Shown: positions 63,115 through 64,000 of the stretch, piece by piece | Position numbering within the stretch: the first letter of the stretch is position 1 | How the letters are laid out: each line of letters opens with the position of its first letter | NCBI GenBank assembly: GCA_964572155.1 | Contig: CAZNDZ010000001.1 | Location: forward strand, 648,840-712,839 | Source of the DNA: an uncultured Planctomycetales bacterium | GTDB lineage: Bacteria; Omnitrophota; Gorgyraeia; Zapsychrales; Fredricksoniimonadaceae | Direction: 5' to 3' | Length of the DNA stretch: 64,000 nt | The notes under the pieces: model-generated | What the model saw: the letters and a program-made list of their open reading frames with translations, nothing else | Told to the model about the DNA's origin: nothing | Databases searched by the model: none | Program-made: the position numbers and the translations under genes

Positions 63115-64000
63115 ATGGTTCCATCCCATATCACAGACGTCAAGCAGCGTATCCAAGAGCTTTCTTCTCAAATCGAAGCGCATAATCGACGCTATTATGT
63201 AGATCAAAAACCAACCATTGGGGACACCCAATATGATGCGCTATTAGCAGAGTTAATTAAGTTAGAAGAACAATACCCGCAATTTAGATTACCCGATTCC
63301 CCAACCCAACGTGTTGGCACCAAGGTGCAAGGAAATTTACCTGTGATCACGCATCAGGTAAAAATGTTGTCGTTGGATAATACGTATTCGAAGGGAGATT
63401 TATTGTTGTGGGAGGGGCGAGTTAAGAAGGGTTTATCTGAAGCATTTGAATTGACAGCGGAATTAAAAGTCGATGGTGTTAGTTGTGCGTTGATCTATGA
63501 AAATGGCATTTTAGTGCAAGCAGCAACGCGTGGTGATGGGGTTACTGGTGAAGATGTGACGCATAATGTTAAGACGATCAAAGATGTGCCTTTGCAATTA
63601 AAAGGTAAATTTCCAAAAATATTAGAAGTGCGCGGTGAAGTCTATATGGATAAAGCAGACTTTGCTAAAGTCAATGCTGCGCGCAGCGCAAATCAAGATG
63701 AAGTTTTTGCAAACCCCCGCAATGCAGCCAGCGGTGCGTTAAAATTGTTAGATAGCCGTGAGACAGCTCGACGTAAATTGCGTTTTTTTGTCCATTCGTT
63801 TGGAAGGCTTGAAGGTGGTGTGGCCGTTAAAAGCCAATGGGAATTTTTAAAAGCCGCAGGTCAGTATGGTTTGCCAGTTAATCCAGCAAATCGTTTGTGT
63901 AAGAGTTTAAATGAGGTGATTGATTTTTGTGATGCATCTTTGGCAAAGCGTGAGGCAACATCTTATGAATTTGACGGGGTGGTTGTAAAAGTTAACGATC
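63115..64000 (+). CDS. ligA: NAD-dependent DNA ligase LigA (N-terminal part; continues beyond window)
   Basis: MVPSHITDVKQRIQELSSQIEAHNRRYYVDQKPTIGDTQYDALL... adenylation domain with KxDG motif ELKVDGVS; no stop before the window end. Confidence 0.9.
   Translation, partial: MVPSHITDVKQRIQELSSQIEAHNRRYYVDQKPTIGDTQYDALLAELIKLEEQYPQFRLPDSPTQRVGTKVQGNLPVITHQVKMLSLDNTYSKGDLLLWEGRVKKGLSEAFELTAELKVDGVSCALIYENGILVQAATRGDGVTGEDVTHNVKTIKDVPLQLKGKFPKILEVRGEVYMDKADFAKVNAARSANQDEVFANPRNAASGALKLLDSRETARRKLRFFVHSFGRLEGGVAVKSQWEFLKAAGQYGLPVNPANRLCKSLNEVIDFCDASLAKREATSYEFDGVVVKVND

Noticed and set aside
62793-63143. 116-aa minus-strand ORF
   Set aside because: Overlaps the tRNA-Pro gene and the ligA start region; no coding features; spurious.

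Overview
AT-rich (roughly 40% GC by eye), gene-dense chromosomal segment from a diderm bacterium, almost entirely coded on the + strand; no taxon can be assigned from sequence alone. Core blocks: pstA (3' fragment)-pstB-phoU; a solitary NuoF-family flavoprotein; an outer-membrane porin-like gene with a clear terminator; rpsO-pnp-ftsK-rodZ-like-rimO-pgsA-pgpA; a CDP-3,6-dideoxyhexose/glycosylation cluster (rfbF, rfbG, epimerase, ddhC/rfbH-like, GT2) next to a GH26-like hydrolase; ribBA-ribH-nusB-PHP-ribD-ribE; a BrnT/BrnA toxin-antitoxin pair; a three-gene two-component module with no DNA-binding output; tRNA-Pro(CGG); and the 5' part of ligA. Accessory content lies between about 9.3 and 23.2 kb. 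It begins with a 6.4 kb Sec-signal Rhs/Tc-toxin-like polymorphic toxin carrying a 304-aa glycine-rich C-terminal tip that I cannot place, plus a candidate immunity gene. Orphan small genes follow, separated by a family of AAATAG...CTATTT hairpins. Next are two tandem REP-associated tyrosine transposase (RAYT/IS200-like) REPtrons with two related REP families; one sits exactly at the end of a truncated HtpX/M48-like gene. A trypsin-like lipoprotein and a Fic protein follow, and then a complete gspC-D-E-F-G-I-J-K-L-M type II secretion operon. Other standouts: a ParA/MinD ATPase fused to an AMPK-beta-type glycogen-binding domain (CBM48) next to a membrane CBM-like protein (a candidate polyglucan-granule positioning or tethering system); a small-gene cluster with a DUF4870 membrane protein, a histone-H1-like lysine-rich protein and a Flp-like pilin; and two large paralogous secreted proteins of unrecognised family (862 and 1021 aa) that bracket the rib/TA/two-component region. 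No CRISPR array, rRNA gene or FMN riboswitch was found.
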